Shown here: positions 40,082-52,201 of the stretch, piece after piece
Layout of the letters: each line of letters begins with the position of its first letter
Numbering within the stretch: position 1 is the first letter of the stretch
NCBI GenBank assembly: GCA_951406725.2
Contig: OX597818.1
Span: 85,870,001 to 85,934,000, forward strand
Source of the DNA: Octopus vulgaris
Lineage: Eukaryota
Direction of reading: 5' to 3'
DNA length: 64,000 nt
Notes under the pieces: model-generated
Told to the model about the DNA's origin: nothing
Databases searched by the model: none
The model's input: the letters and a program-made list of their open reading frames with translations, nothing else
Translations under genes and position numbers: made by a program

Positions 40082-40785
40082 TAAACATATAAGATGCCAT
40101 ATATACAAATCGGTGTTTTATCCACACATAAAGCGCACCGGTGTTTAAAAGATCTATAGAGCTAAGAGTCCGCAGCTAGCTTTTTTGCTGTTGACGTGTA
40201 TGTAGTTTCAAAATGCCTTATTTTACAACTATGTGATGTATTGCTATTGTCATGATTTCATCTTACTATAATCAACAACAAACACATTTCGTCAATATAA
40301 AAATCTTTATTAAATTAAGAATAACATTAATCAAAACATGAAGGTAAAACAAAACAAATAACGGCTTATACACTGTAAAATACAGTAATTGTAGTGGCAG
40401 TGACAAGTTCGCTCGCTAGTCACTAGTCGATAGTGTAGAAGGGAGGGAAAGGCTACAGAGTGCACGGTGCTGACTAGAAAGGAAGAAAGGATAAAAGTGG
40501 CATCGTCTCCGCTTGACATACGAATAGAAGAGAGTGGTAACATTTAGTAGAGATGACCCGGAAGTTGTTCCCCATCGATTACTATCACAAACAGCAGTAG
40601 CTTTCTTCAACTGAATACACGTCGTACAAAATTTTGTCAAAAGTGTTGAAAGTAAACCGTGTTATGCTTGAGACATTCCACCAGTATACGAAATTTCAAA
40701 CTGTCAAAAAAATTAATTAAAAAATCTGTGCGCTAAACTGAACAGATCCGTTATATGTGTGTGTGTGTGTGTGTGTGTATGTGTG

Positions 40786-40817
<32 letters not shown>

Positions 40818-41144
40818 AGTGCGTATGCGCGCGTGTATGTAAGTATGTATTATAGATAGCCTGTGTTGTGAATAGTAGCATAGGTGCGCAATAGACATCG
40901 ATAAAGTACATTCTTAAAAAAACTTTATCACTATGCGACAAAAATATGTTGACAGGTAAATTTCTTACACACATACACATGTGCACACACACACTCACAC
41001 ACACACATACTCACGCACATGCGCTCATACATCCATGCGCATATACACGTGCATGTGCTTGCGTGTGTATACATACAGACGGCTACAGTATGAACAAGAA
41101 GCTAGTAAACATTGCACCATCGTATGCATGTCAATAAACAAGCA

Positions 41145-41197
<53 letters not shown>

Positions 41198-41315
41198 TCA
41201 CACATATATATACATGTATATATATGTATATATCTATGTATATATATATATATACATACATACATACATACATATATGTTTATGCATATATATGTATGTA
41301 TATACACACATATAA

Positions 41316-41346
<31 letters not shown>

Positions 41347-41961
41347 CATATATATATACACACATATATTTATGTATATATGTGTATGCATATATACATA
41401 CACATATGTATACATATATATGTATGTATAAATACACACAACCACGCACACATACACACACACAAACACACACACATATATAGTATATTTGTGAAACTAT
41501 ACAACATAGCAAATAGATACTTGTATACACATACACTCATGCATTGTGCAATACAGATACATACACACATGTATACATGTATGTATGTTTGTATGTATGT
41601 ATGTATGTATGTATGTACGTACGTGTTTACATATGTATAAGCATCAATATTACTAATTTATACACTCAGAAGAACTAATGCAGTGTCTCTAAAATTTAGC
41701 TCAATCGGTAGAGGCCAACAATGCAAACGTTACGCACACACTGCTCTTAAATTATAAATTCTCTGAATTATATATCGAATTTTGAGCATTTAATTAGCAT
41801 TTTTGTAATGAATTGGAAAACATTTACTTCTTTTTAAATGTTTAATAATTAATATTGATAGTCTGGGTAAGTGGTGTATAACTTGCCTACCCAGAGGATA
41901 CCTTTCCCGTATCTCTCAGGCTCTCTCTCTCTCTATCTCTCATTCTCTTTCTCTCTCTCGC

Positions 41962-42003
<42 letters not shown>

Positions 42004-42026
42004 AGTGCGAGTGTGTGTGTGTGCGA

Positions 42027-42090
<64 letters not shown>

Positions 42091-42093
42091 GGA

Positions 42094-42370
42094 GCCACAT
42101 GGCCTAGTGGTTAGAGCAGCGGACTCGCGGTCGAGGGATCGCGGGTCCGAATTTCAGACCAAGCGATGTGTGTGTTTATGAGCGAAACACCTGAACTCCA
42201 TGCGGCTCCGGCAGAAGGTAATAGCCACAACTTTCTCTCACTTTTTCCTCCTGCATCTTGCAGCTCACTTGCGACAGACCGGCGTCCCGTCCAGGTGGGG
42301 AACCTACACGCCAAAGAAACCGGGAATCCGGCCCTTATGAGCCAGGCGTGGCTCGAGAAAGAACAAACAG
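42094..42370 (+). mobile_element. tRNA-derived SINE with V-domain-like segment
   Basis: TGGCCTAGTGGTTAGAGC...GGGTCCGAATTTC head. GCGACAGACCGGCGTCCCGTCCAGG resembles the V-SINE domain (from recall). Confidence 0.7.
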
Positions 42371-42924
42371 CAATATATATATACTAGCTGAATAGCTCGT
42401 CGTTGCCAGGCAATTTTTTACAATAGAATGTCTTACATAAAGTTTTGATTATTCCATGTCAGACCAGGTCTATATAGTTTCCATTTTTTTGTAGTACCTC
42501 CTATACATAGGTATAATCAAACGCGGATTTTACCTTATATGCAAGATGTAGTTTGTCTAATTTTTGCTGAGGAAAGAAAAGATGAGTTAACATTCGTTTT
42601 ATTTTCGTCTCTATTTTTATTTCATTATTATTTCATTTTTATTTCGTATTTGTTAATTCGCAATTCTTTATTTGTTATTCGGAACCTTTATTCGTAATTT
42701 TTACTCGTATTTTTTCTCTTTAAAAGTTTTTCCTTAAATGTTTTTTTCCTTAAATGTTTATTCCTTAAGTTTTTTATTCCTTAAATTTTTAATATTCAGT
42801 GATTATTTTTATTTATTATTTGTATTTCTATTCATTTGTACATGTTAAGTAAGATTATATTGAAGATATAGAGTATCATGGAAGTATATAAGAGATAGGG
42901 GTAGTGAAAAATCTTGAGGAATCC

Positions 42925-43024
42925 AGACCTGAAGATTGGGAGTATGTCGACCCGAGTAAGTATTGAAACTAGATACCTCGTATCTTATCAATACCGACGT
43001 ACTTTCATGAAACACGTGTAGTCT
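42925..43024 (+). ncRNA. Type-I hammerhead motif with a long stem II
   Basis: AGAC-CTGAAGA-[T-TGGGAGTATGTCG...CGACGTACTTTCA-T]-GAAAC-ACGT-GT-A-GTCT. Stem II pairs using G-U wobbles, with a T-T mismatch at its base. Confidence 0.65.
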
Positions 43025-43623
43025 TATAAACGGAAAATACAGGATTCAGAATAGATATAGCTAGTATAAGATTTAATTTTTAACATGTTATGGAGTGGTC
43101 GGGTATAAAACCTTTCAGTGTTGATTGAGTTGAAGGTGGTTCTGTCTCTAAAATTACTTTCATATATATATATCAACACTGAAAGGTTTTTTATATATAT
43201 ATAATGCAGACTTTCTGGCATATATTGCATTGAAAGGTGTACACAGACATATAGACAGAATAGTTGGTGGAGGTTCTTTTTCCATGGATTTGCAAATAAG
43301 ATTTGAGCCCAGCAAAAGAAAAGCATGGTTTGTTACAAACTGTACACACGTAACGGTCATTGTGATTCACCTTCTGGACCGTAGCATTTAAATCTCTCTT
43401 AAAACAGTGATGGACATTCACTGTGCAGGTGTAGCTCAACAGAATATGTTTCAGAAGCAGAGCATCCTTCAAATGTATGTGCATTACATCATAATGTAAA
43501 GGCATCCCTATCCACGTCAAGCATGTGACAGACAGCTGATAACAAAGCCGATTGGTGCCTACATTTGGACCCTGCAGCCATACATGCATTTATTTATTTA
43601 GTTATATATATATCAGCTGTCTG

Positions 43624-44188
43624 TTCAGTCAATGAGACTTTTTCAACTGTAAGTATGGAAGACAATTAAATTTTGGAAAAATTAGAAGCAAAGTTTTTTA
43701 AAAGAATATTTGCATAGTATTCAAATACAAGGGGAATTTTCCTTGTTTCTGCCTGTCTCTGTCTCTCTTGTTTACTCTTGTGGGTTCGAGGTCGTTGTGA
43801 ATTCTCGGTGGGGAAGAAGAAGAAGAAGAAAAGGAGAGTGCCATGATAGTAGTATGCTAAATGGTCAAGTGCCCTGAAAGTGACCCGTTGTGGATGGTAG
43901 TAGTGATTGAATTCTTGAGACATCTTTTTTTAATGTTTTCCTTATAAAATTTGCGTAGGTGTTATTCTAAACAGCAATAGTGGTAAAGTTAAGAAGGAGG
44001 TGGCGGAGAGGAAGAAACAAAGAAAATGCCCCTTGTATTTAAATACAATGCAAATATTTTTTTTAAAAAACATTTCTTTTAATTTTTCCAAAATTTAATT
44101 GTTTTCCATACTTACAGTTGAAAAAGTCTCAATGACTGAAACCGGTATTGAAATGTTTTTTATAAAATTATTTTAGCACTTTTTTTCC

Positions 44189-44190
<2 letters not shown>
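43624..44190 (+). mobile_element. Penelope-like fragment with ~125-bp inverted arms and a hammerhead-like end
   Basis: 43624-43750 is the approximate reverse complement of 44010-44140. CAGTTGAAAAAGTC-TCAAT-GACTGAAACCGGTA; (TA)n flanks. Confidence 0.6.
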
Positions 44191-44276
<86 letters not shown>

Positions 44277-45551
44277 CATTTCCAACTTGTACTGTTCTTT
44301 GTTACTGTAACACATTTATTAAAGCTACAAGTGTCTTATTATCGAAATTCGGATGAATATATCAAGGTTAGTGTTGTTAACAAAGATAATCGTTCGTGAG
44401 GCGTCGGTGCTGTTGATGTTGAAGATGATGATGATGATAGCGAGGACGACGATGATTATAATAGATAACAGACAAACAAAATAGGAAGCAAACTACAAGA
44501 TAAATCGTGAATGTTTAAAAGCGAAGCAAGAAATAGATATATAAAAAAATAAGCAACAATAATAAAATGCTAATTGATGAAATCGTTAAAGGCGATGTGA
44601 AGATAATGAAGCGTTAGTTTATTAAAATTCTAGTCAGCTGATCTGTGTGTGTTTGTGCTTGTGAACGTGAATCTGTGTGTGCGTGTGTATGTGAGCGTGT
44701 GTGCGTGCGAGTGTGTGTGTGTATGAGTGTGTGTATGTGAGTTTGTGTGAGACTACGTGTGTATGCATGTATGTATGTGAGAGTGTGTTTGTGTGCGTGT
44801 GAGTCTATGCGTGTGTATGTGTGTGTATGTGTTTGTGTGTGTGTGTATGTATATGTGTATGCATATGTCCTTGTTTGTGTCTCTGAGTGTGTGTTTGTGT
44901 GTATATGTGTGAGTCCGTGTGTGTGAGTTTGTGTTAATGAGTCTGTGTGTGTGTGAGTCTGTATATGAGCTTGTGTGTTTGTGGTATGTGCGTCTGCTGC
45001 GTTTGTGTATGTATGTGTGTGCGTGTGTGTATTTTCTGTGTGTGTCTTTGTGAGAGAGAGAGAGAGAGAAGTGTGTGCGGCGTGAAAGAGAGAGAGAGAG
45101 AGAGGTGGAAGGCTTGTGTGTATGAGATAGATAGATAGGTAGAGAGAGGGGGAAGGAAGGATGTGGGGGAGGTGTAGTTTGAACAATTATGTTGCCATCC
45201 AATGGATCTCCGTGCAAAAATAGGAAAAAATATGTCAGGTATGTCAGATCGTATTAATTACTTTCTGCGAGAAAACTACGAAAAACTAGGAATTCTATGG
45301 AATTGGTTTAATGTAGTTCAGCAAGTAAAAGAAAGAAAGAAAGAAGAAAAAAGTAGGAGAAAAAGAAAAAGAAAAAAAAAACCATTTATTAAAAAAGATA
45401 TGTTAAACACGTTGTATGTCTACGTGTCTTGAGTACGTACGTACATTGGGATATACGGAATATATATGCAGACATACAACGGATGTACATATGCATGGTG
45501 TATATGGTAGACGTGTGTGTACTTGCTTAATTTTGCATGTGTGTATGTATG

Positions 45552-45583
<32 letters not shown>

Positions 45584-45892
45584 TGTATGTATGTATGTAT
45601 GTATGTATGTATGTATGCATGGATTATATGCGAAGATGTTCGATATTTGAAATTGTATGATTGTGTGGTGTGTGTGTGTGTATGTATGTGTGTGTGTAAT
45701 GTATAATATATACTGATTCTTTTATTCTTTTAAACGTTTCACCCATGTGGCTGCGGTAATACTGGAGCACTACAGAGGAGTATATATATATATATATATA
45801 TACACACACAAAAATGTGTGTATGAATACATGCACATATATGTATGTGCATGCATATGTGTTTCCATGCAAATGTATATGATATATACATAC

Positions 45893-45928
<36 letters not shown>

Positions 45929-46015
45929 GCATCATGAATATATATATATATATATGCAATTATACATACATATATGTATATGTATATATATATATACATA
46001 ATGCATATGTATATG

Positions 46016-46049
<34 letters not shown>

Positions 46050-46179
46050 CTTTATACATATATATATATGTATATCCATATATCATGTGTATGTATGTCT
46101 GTATATATATATATATATCATACAATTAAGCATACACACACACATATATATATATTTCATATATTCTTTTACTCTTTAT

Positions 46180-46221
<42 letters not shown>

Positions 46222-46721
46222 TCCACATACACTCATGCATACACACACCCACACACACACTTGCGCGAACGCACGCACACAGAAACACACACTTACATAT
46301 GCGCACACATATACGCACACACGCAGACATGCGATTTACATCAATATTGATTTCTTTTTGTTTGATTTGGCAAAGACACGTCTTTTGATAACGAGAGGCG
46401 GAGTAGATTAACGTGATTGGTTCGTAATCTATTGACCTTGGGAATATTCAGAATTAATCGAAGAGGTCGTTAACTCTAAGCTGGATTTTTAACACCCGAA
46501 AATGGAGGACCAAATTGAAAGAGAGAGAGAGAGAGGGGGAGAAGTAAAGGGAAAAGGCGCAAATGTGGCTGTGTGGATAAGAAGCTTGCTTTCTCACCAC
46601 ATGGTTTCGGGTTCAAGCCCCACTGCGCATTATCTTGGGCAAATGTCTTCTCCTATAGTCTCGAACTGACCAATACCTTGTCAGAGGATTTGGTAGATAT
46701 AGACACTGAGGAAAGCCCTTA

Positions 46722-46778
<57 letters not shown>

Positions 46779-47020
46779 TCGCCATACTAATATGGCATTC
46801 TTATAAAAATAAGAATAAAGCTGTCCGCTTATTAGCTCCATGAGACTTAGTAATTTTAATATTTCTATTATATATATATATATATATATGTGATAAATAA
46901 AAATATATGCATACATACAAACATATATGTACGTACCTACATCTACATGTATATATACATGCATATATAAATAATTATACGTGAGTACAGGACACCACAA
47001 TAAGACGTAGAAACGGGAAA

Positions 47021-47064
<44 letters not shown>

Positions 47065-47475
47065 GACTCTCCCGTCGAAAATGCCGTATAAACATTCGGC
47101 TTTTGTCGAACGTATTGCACAAATGATTTGCTTATAGTGATCAAAAGTCCGTGTTGTACGTCAGCTCGTTCTCTCCACTGAATCGACGTTGCCTGGACAG
47201 GTGCACAGTGTCGAAGTGATAGCGAGCAATGCATGATGAACTGTTTTGCTCAAGAATACAACGCACCACTCGGACTAGGAATTGAAATTACGATCGCTAA
47301 ACCGTGAGTGCAGCACACTAACCACTAGACCATGCGTCCTGAATGAATCGATGTCATTAATTTTGTATTTTTTGAAGCCTGGTGCTTATTTTATCGGCCT
47401 GGTACTTATTTTATCGTGCACGCAGAAACTGAAAAAAACTCGTCGTATACACACGCACAAACAAACGCGCGCACG

Positions 47476-47553
<78 letters not shown>

Positions 47554-47806
47554 CACACACACACATATGTATTTGTGTCTCTGTGTCTGTCTCCACACCG
47601 TTGCTTGACAACCGATGCTGGTGTGTTTACGTCCCCGTAATTTAGCAGTTCGGCAAAAGAGACCGATGAATAGGTACTAGGCTTACAAGGAATAAGTCCT
47701 GGGGTCGATTTGCTCGACGAAAGGCGTTGCTCCAGCATTGTCGCAGTCAAATGACTGAAACATGTAAAGCATTTTTTATTCTCTCGCTGTTTATTTTCTC
47801 GTATTC

Positions 47807-47842
47807 CTTTCTGTTGAAGAGCGTATGCTCGAAATGTAAAAG
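47807..47842 (+). ncRNA. Variant hammerhead motif in a small element ending at (TA)n
   Basis: CTTT-CTGTTGA-A-GAGC(GTAT)GCTC-GAAAT-GT-A-AAAG. Core deviates from CUGANGA. Confidence 0.5.
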
Positions 47843-47924
47843 ACTTTCTCTCCTTCCTGAGCATTATACTAATACACCTGTTTGTTGTTTGTACACCTGC
47901 CTTCGTCGTTTTTTTTGTAAATTC

Positions 47925-47978
<54 letters not shown>

Positions 47979-47985
47979 TATGCAT

Positions 47986-48077
<92 letters not shown>

Positions 48078-48224
48078 TTTATTTGTGGGTTAACAAGGCT
48101 ACCAATAGGTCCATGGTTTACCCACAAATTAAGAATCTTTATCCATGAATGCGGTATTGAGCACTCATTCTCTCTCTCTCTCTTTCTGACATACACACAC
48201 ACATATATGTGTGTGTGTGTATAT

Positions 48225-48279
<55 letters not shown>

Positions 48280-48983
48280 TACATACACGCACACGCACAC
48301 ACGCACGCACCCGCAAACACGCACGCACCCGCACGCACGCACCCGCACGCACACACACAAAGATGTAGTTGTCGACATTTACTCAAGATACTGCGCGGTG
48401 GGACTGAACTCGAACACAGGTGGTCACAAAACAAATTTCTTAACTACCTAACCATATCTACAACGATATTGACTTAACGATCGATGTCGCTAATTTCTTT
48501 TGTTTAAAGTATAATTTCATGAAATCAAAGAAAACCTTTATGTACCTTACAGTATTTCAAAGGTTCACCAATTGGAGCTTATAATAGAGTGTATATACAT
48601 ATACATACATACATACATACATACATACATACATACATACATACATACATACATACATACATGCATATATATATATATATATATATGGCAATCCAAGAGG
48701 TCGGAAAGGGTCACCCAGAAAGCGTCCAGGATTACAGGAAGATGATTTAAACAAATTGGGTCAAGATGGAAAAGAATGGCACCATCAAGAAAGAATTGGA
48801 AGAGCATTGTGACCAGCGATGTATAACAACATTTGATATTTGCGTTGTGTTCTTGAGCAAAGCACTTCATTTCACGTTGCTCTGCGATCATTTCGATATC
48901 AGAAATGTGGCACCCGTTGCCCCTGTACAGGTAATGTCGATCTGATGGAGGGAGTGAGCTTATGCCAACACATTCCGAAATAT

Positions 48984-49048
<65 letters not shown>

Positions 49049-49789
49049 ACTCTCCCATCATTAGACGTCGTTTGAGGGTTCGACAATTTCTTGACGAGCA
49101 ACCAAACAGATGATTTGTTAATAGTGATCAAATGTTTGTGTTGGCATAAGCTCACTCCCTCCATCAGATCGACATTACCTGTACAGGTGCAACGGGTGCC
49201 ACATGTCTGATGTCGAAATGATCGCAGAGCAACGTGAAATGGAGTGCTTTGCTCAAGAACACAACGCAGCGCCCGCTCTGGGAATCGAACCCATGATTTC
49301 GCAATCATGAGTGCAATACCTTAACCACTAAGCCATGCGCTTATATCTATATCAGAGTGTATAAGACCCATGTTAGGAATATCATCACCGAAATAAAGTA
49401 GTTCAAGAGCAGAGCGGAGAGAACGACGCGATCGCTGGATACCGAAAGCAGAAGTTCCGCTTAAGTGAACATGTAGTAAGATTTATCGAGAACAGGTGGA
49501 CTCATTCAGTTACAGGGTTGCAATCCAAGAGGTCGGAAAGGGTCACCCAGAAAGCCTCTAGGATTACGGGAAGATGATTTAAACAAATTGGGTCAAGATG
49601 AAAAAGAATGGCGCCATCAAGAAAGAATTGGAAGAGCACTGTGAACAGCAGTGTATAACAACATTCGATATTTCAGTCGATAAAGTGGTACAATGATAAG
49701 AGTATACATACATACACGCATACATACATACATACATACATACATACATACATACATACATACATACATACATACATACATACATACAT

Positions 49790-50345
49790 ACATGGTGGCT
49801 GCCCCCTCGTTATCGAGTATGGCCATTGCACGAAGCTTAATCAATGTTGTTATCGTGCAATGCCTGTGCAAGAAGATTTTTTAAAGTGAGGAAAGGCAGT
49901 GCACTGAGTCAATCCCACTCACTAAGCAACAGCAGCCATAATCCGAAAAGAAGAACAAGTCAACATCATCGATAACCACTGAGCCGCAGGTTTTAATTCG
50001 GAGTTATCCCAGTTACCTGAGTTACCTTCTCCTAGAAGGATGCCCTAACAAAGGCTAGGAGTCGTTCACTCCCAATGGTTTAACCGCGCGATCGGGTATT
50101 CAGTCCGATTATTTCTATGTCCCCGCGCATGATAGAGCCTTCAGACATTTATTTGATGGCCGTTGACTCTCAAGAGTTCCTCCGCCATTTGACGGGTTTT
50201 ATTTTTCATCCCGCAGGGTGACCAATAAACACCCTCCTCACCAAGCAAGCTTGGTGGGGTTGCCAGTTTAGTCGCCGACGACCCGACCATGCAACAGGTT
50301 GTACTGGGTTACATGTTACCAGTAGCACTCGAAAGTGACCTGACA
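49790..50345 (-). mobile_element. RTE-associated short element inserted in (TACA)n
   Basis: Bounded by (TACA)n on both sides; 5' block shared with 26166-26200. Confidence 0.55.
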
Positions 50346-50391
50346 TAAATATACATACATACATACATACATACATACATACATACATACA

Positions 50392-50427
<36 letters not shown>

Positions 50428-51920
50428 TATATAGGTAAATAACATTGTGTTTATCCGAGGAAACTGACAAACTTATTGAACTTACAACACTGAAGGATTT
50501 TGTCATCGTTTTAGATGTTTCAGCTTATTTCAACAATTTGGTAAAAAAAAAATCAATAACAAACGTTCATTAGTACATTAACATATTAACTAGTAATAGA
50601 TATTGAAGTAAATGAGGGAGTCTCTACGTGGTCACCCGGACTGCAAGAAATAGTAATCAAATCGTTTGAATCACATCCTTTTAAAACACAAAGAAGGACG
50701 TATTGTCCAATGTGGTACTAGATCACTGGAATGTTTTCTCAAAGAAATGCGATTGGTATTGAAACCAACTTTGGCTTTCCAGTGCCTTCAGGCACTTCCG
50801 ACCAACTCATTTTTCCACTTCATCTTATCCTTGGTGCGTCATCCCACTCTCCAATTCACCTGCGTTAATCACTATGACTTATCATTCTTCCCCAGAACAT
50901 CGTCGCTCTGAAATCTTCTCTGCGCTCAAGTATTGTATTGCGAAACAGTTTAAACTGATCATTAACGGCATCAAACTCACCAGTATTTGAAGCCTTGCGA
51001 GGCTCATGGGCTCTGCCCCTTCACTCTGAACCACCAAGTAAAATATACACACTCACACGTACCCATGCACATACAATTCGCTTCCCTTTATTGTCTACGT
51101 TTCACATCAAGCTATCTATCTTTGACAAAAGTAATTCAGCGAAATAATTTCTTTTTTTTCTTTATAGAATTTAAATTTTATTTTCTAATCAAGAGACAAA
51201 CAAAAACTAAATGTTTCGCAGGAGACTAATTGGATATTTTCACCTGAGTGGTTCCTGCTGAATTGATTTTTATTACATTTCCATTCACTATAAAAAATTT
51301 TTTAAATAAAAAAAAATTGAAATTCAGAAAAATATTGATTTTTTGAAAAATGGTGCAAAGCCACAAATTTTTCGGTGGGAGGGAAATAACCATTTTAAAT
51401 CGATTTTACACTTTGACTGTTTAGTGAATTTATCGACCCCTGGAAGGATGAAAGCCAAAATTGACCTTAGCAAGTTTTGAACTCAGAAATTAAGGAGATA
51501 TAACAAATTAATTATTGTTGTTATGGTTTAGTTTCAAAAGGGTGGTGAGCCGGCAAAGTCGTTAAGACGTCGGACACAATGTTTAGTGGCATTTCGCACG
51601 TCTTTACGTTTTTGAGTTCGAATTCCGACGAGGTCAACTTTGCTTTACATTCTTTTGGAGTCGATTAAATTAGTACCAGTTATGCAACGGAGACGACATA
51701 ATCGACTTAATCCCATCTCCAAAATTTGAGACCTTGTGCTTCCAGTAGAAAAGATTATTATTATGTATGAATGTGTGAGTGTGTCTATGTTTGTTCTGAA
51801 CCACTGCTTGACAACTGGTGTTGCTGTGTTTCCATGATGGATCAAAACGGTTTTTATCCATACATGTGACTCCCAGCAAATTGGTTCAGTGCCCTTCTTT
51901 CGTGTTTGCCCATTCACTCG

Positions 51921-51996
<76 letters not shown>

Positions 51997-52001
<5 letters not shown>

Positions 52002-52068
52002 CTTTACTGCCCACAAGGGGCTAAACATAGAGGGGACAAACAAGGACAGACAAAGGGATTAAGTCGAA
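51997..52068 (-). mobile_element. 5'-truncated SINE-B tail in (TA)n
   Basis: TCGACTTAATCCC...GCCCCTTGTGGGCAGTAAAGAAATA. A similar fragment lies at 13068-13149. Confidence 0.85.
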
Positions 52069-52201
52069 TATATATATATACTAGCAGCATAGCCCGGCGT
52101 TGCCCGGGTATGTAAGAGCCCCTAGTAGGCAACGACTAATCCCAATGTAGTCCTTTCCTCCAGGGAACGAAGGTGCATGTGGACGTTGCAATGTCTTGTC
52201 T

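Noticed and set aside
42384-42412. Degenerate Helitron-like 3' end on the minus strand (CTAGCTGAATAGCTCGTCGTTGCCAGG)
   Set aside because: No matching 5' end could be located, so the element cannot be delimited.
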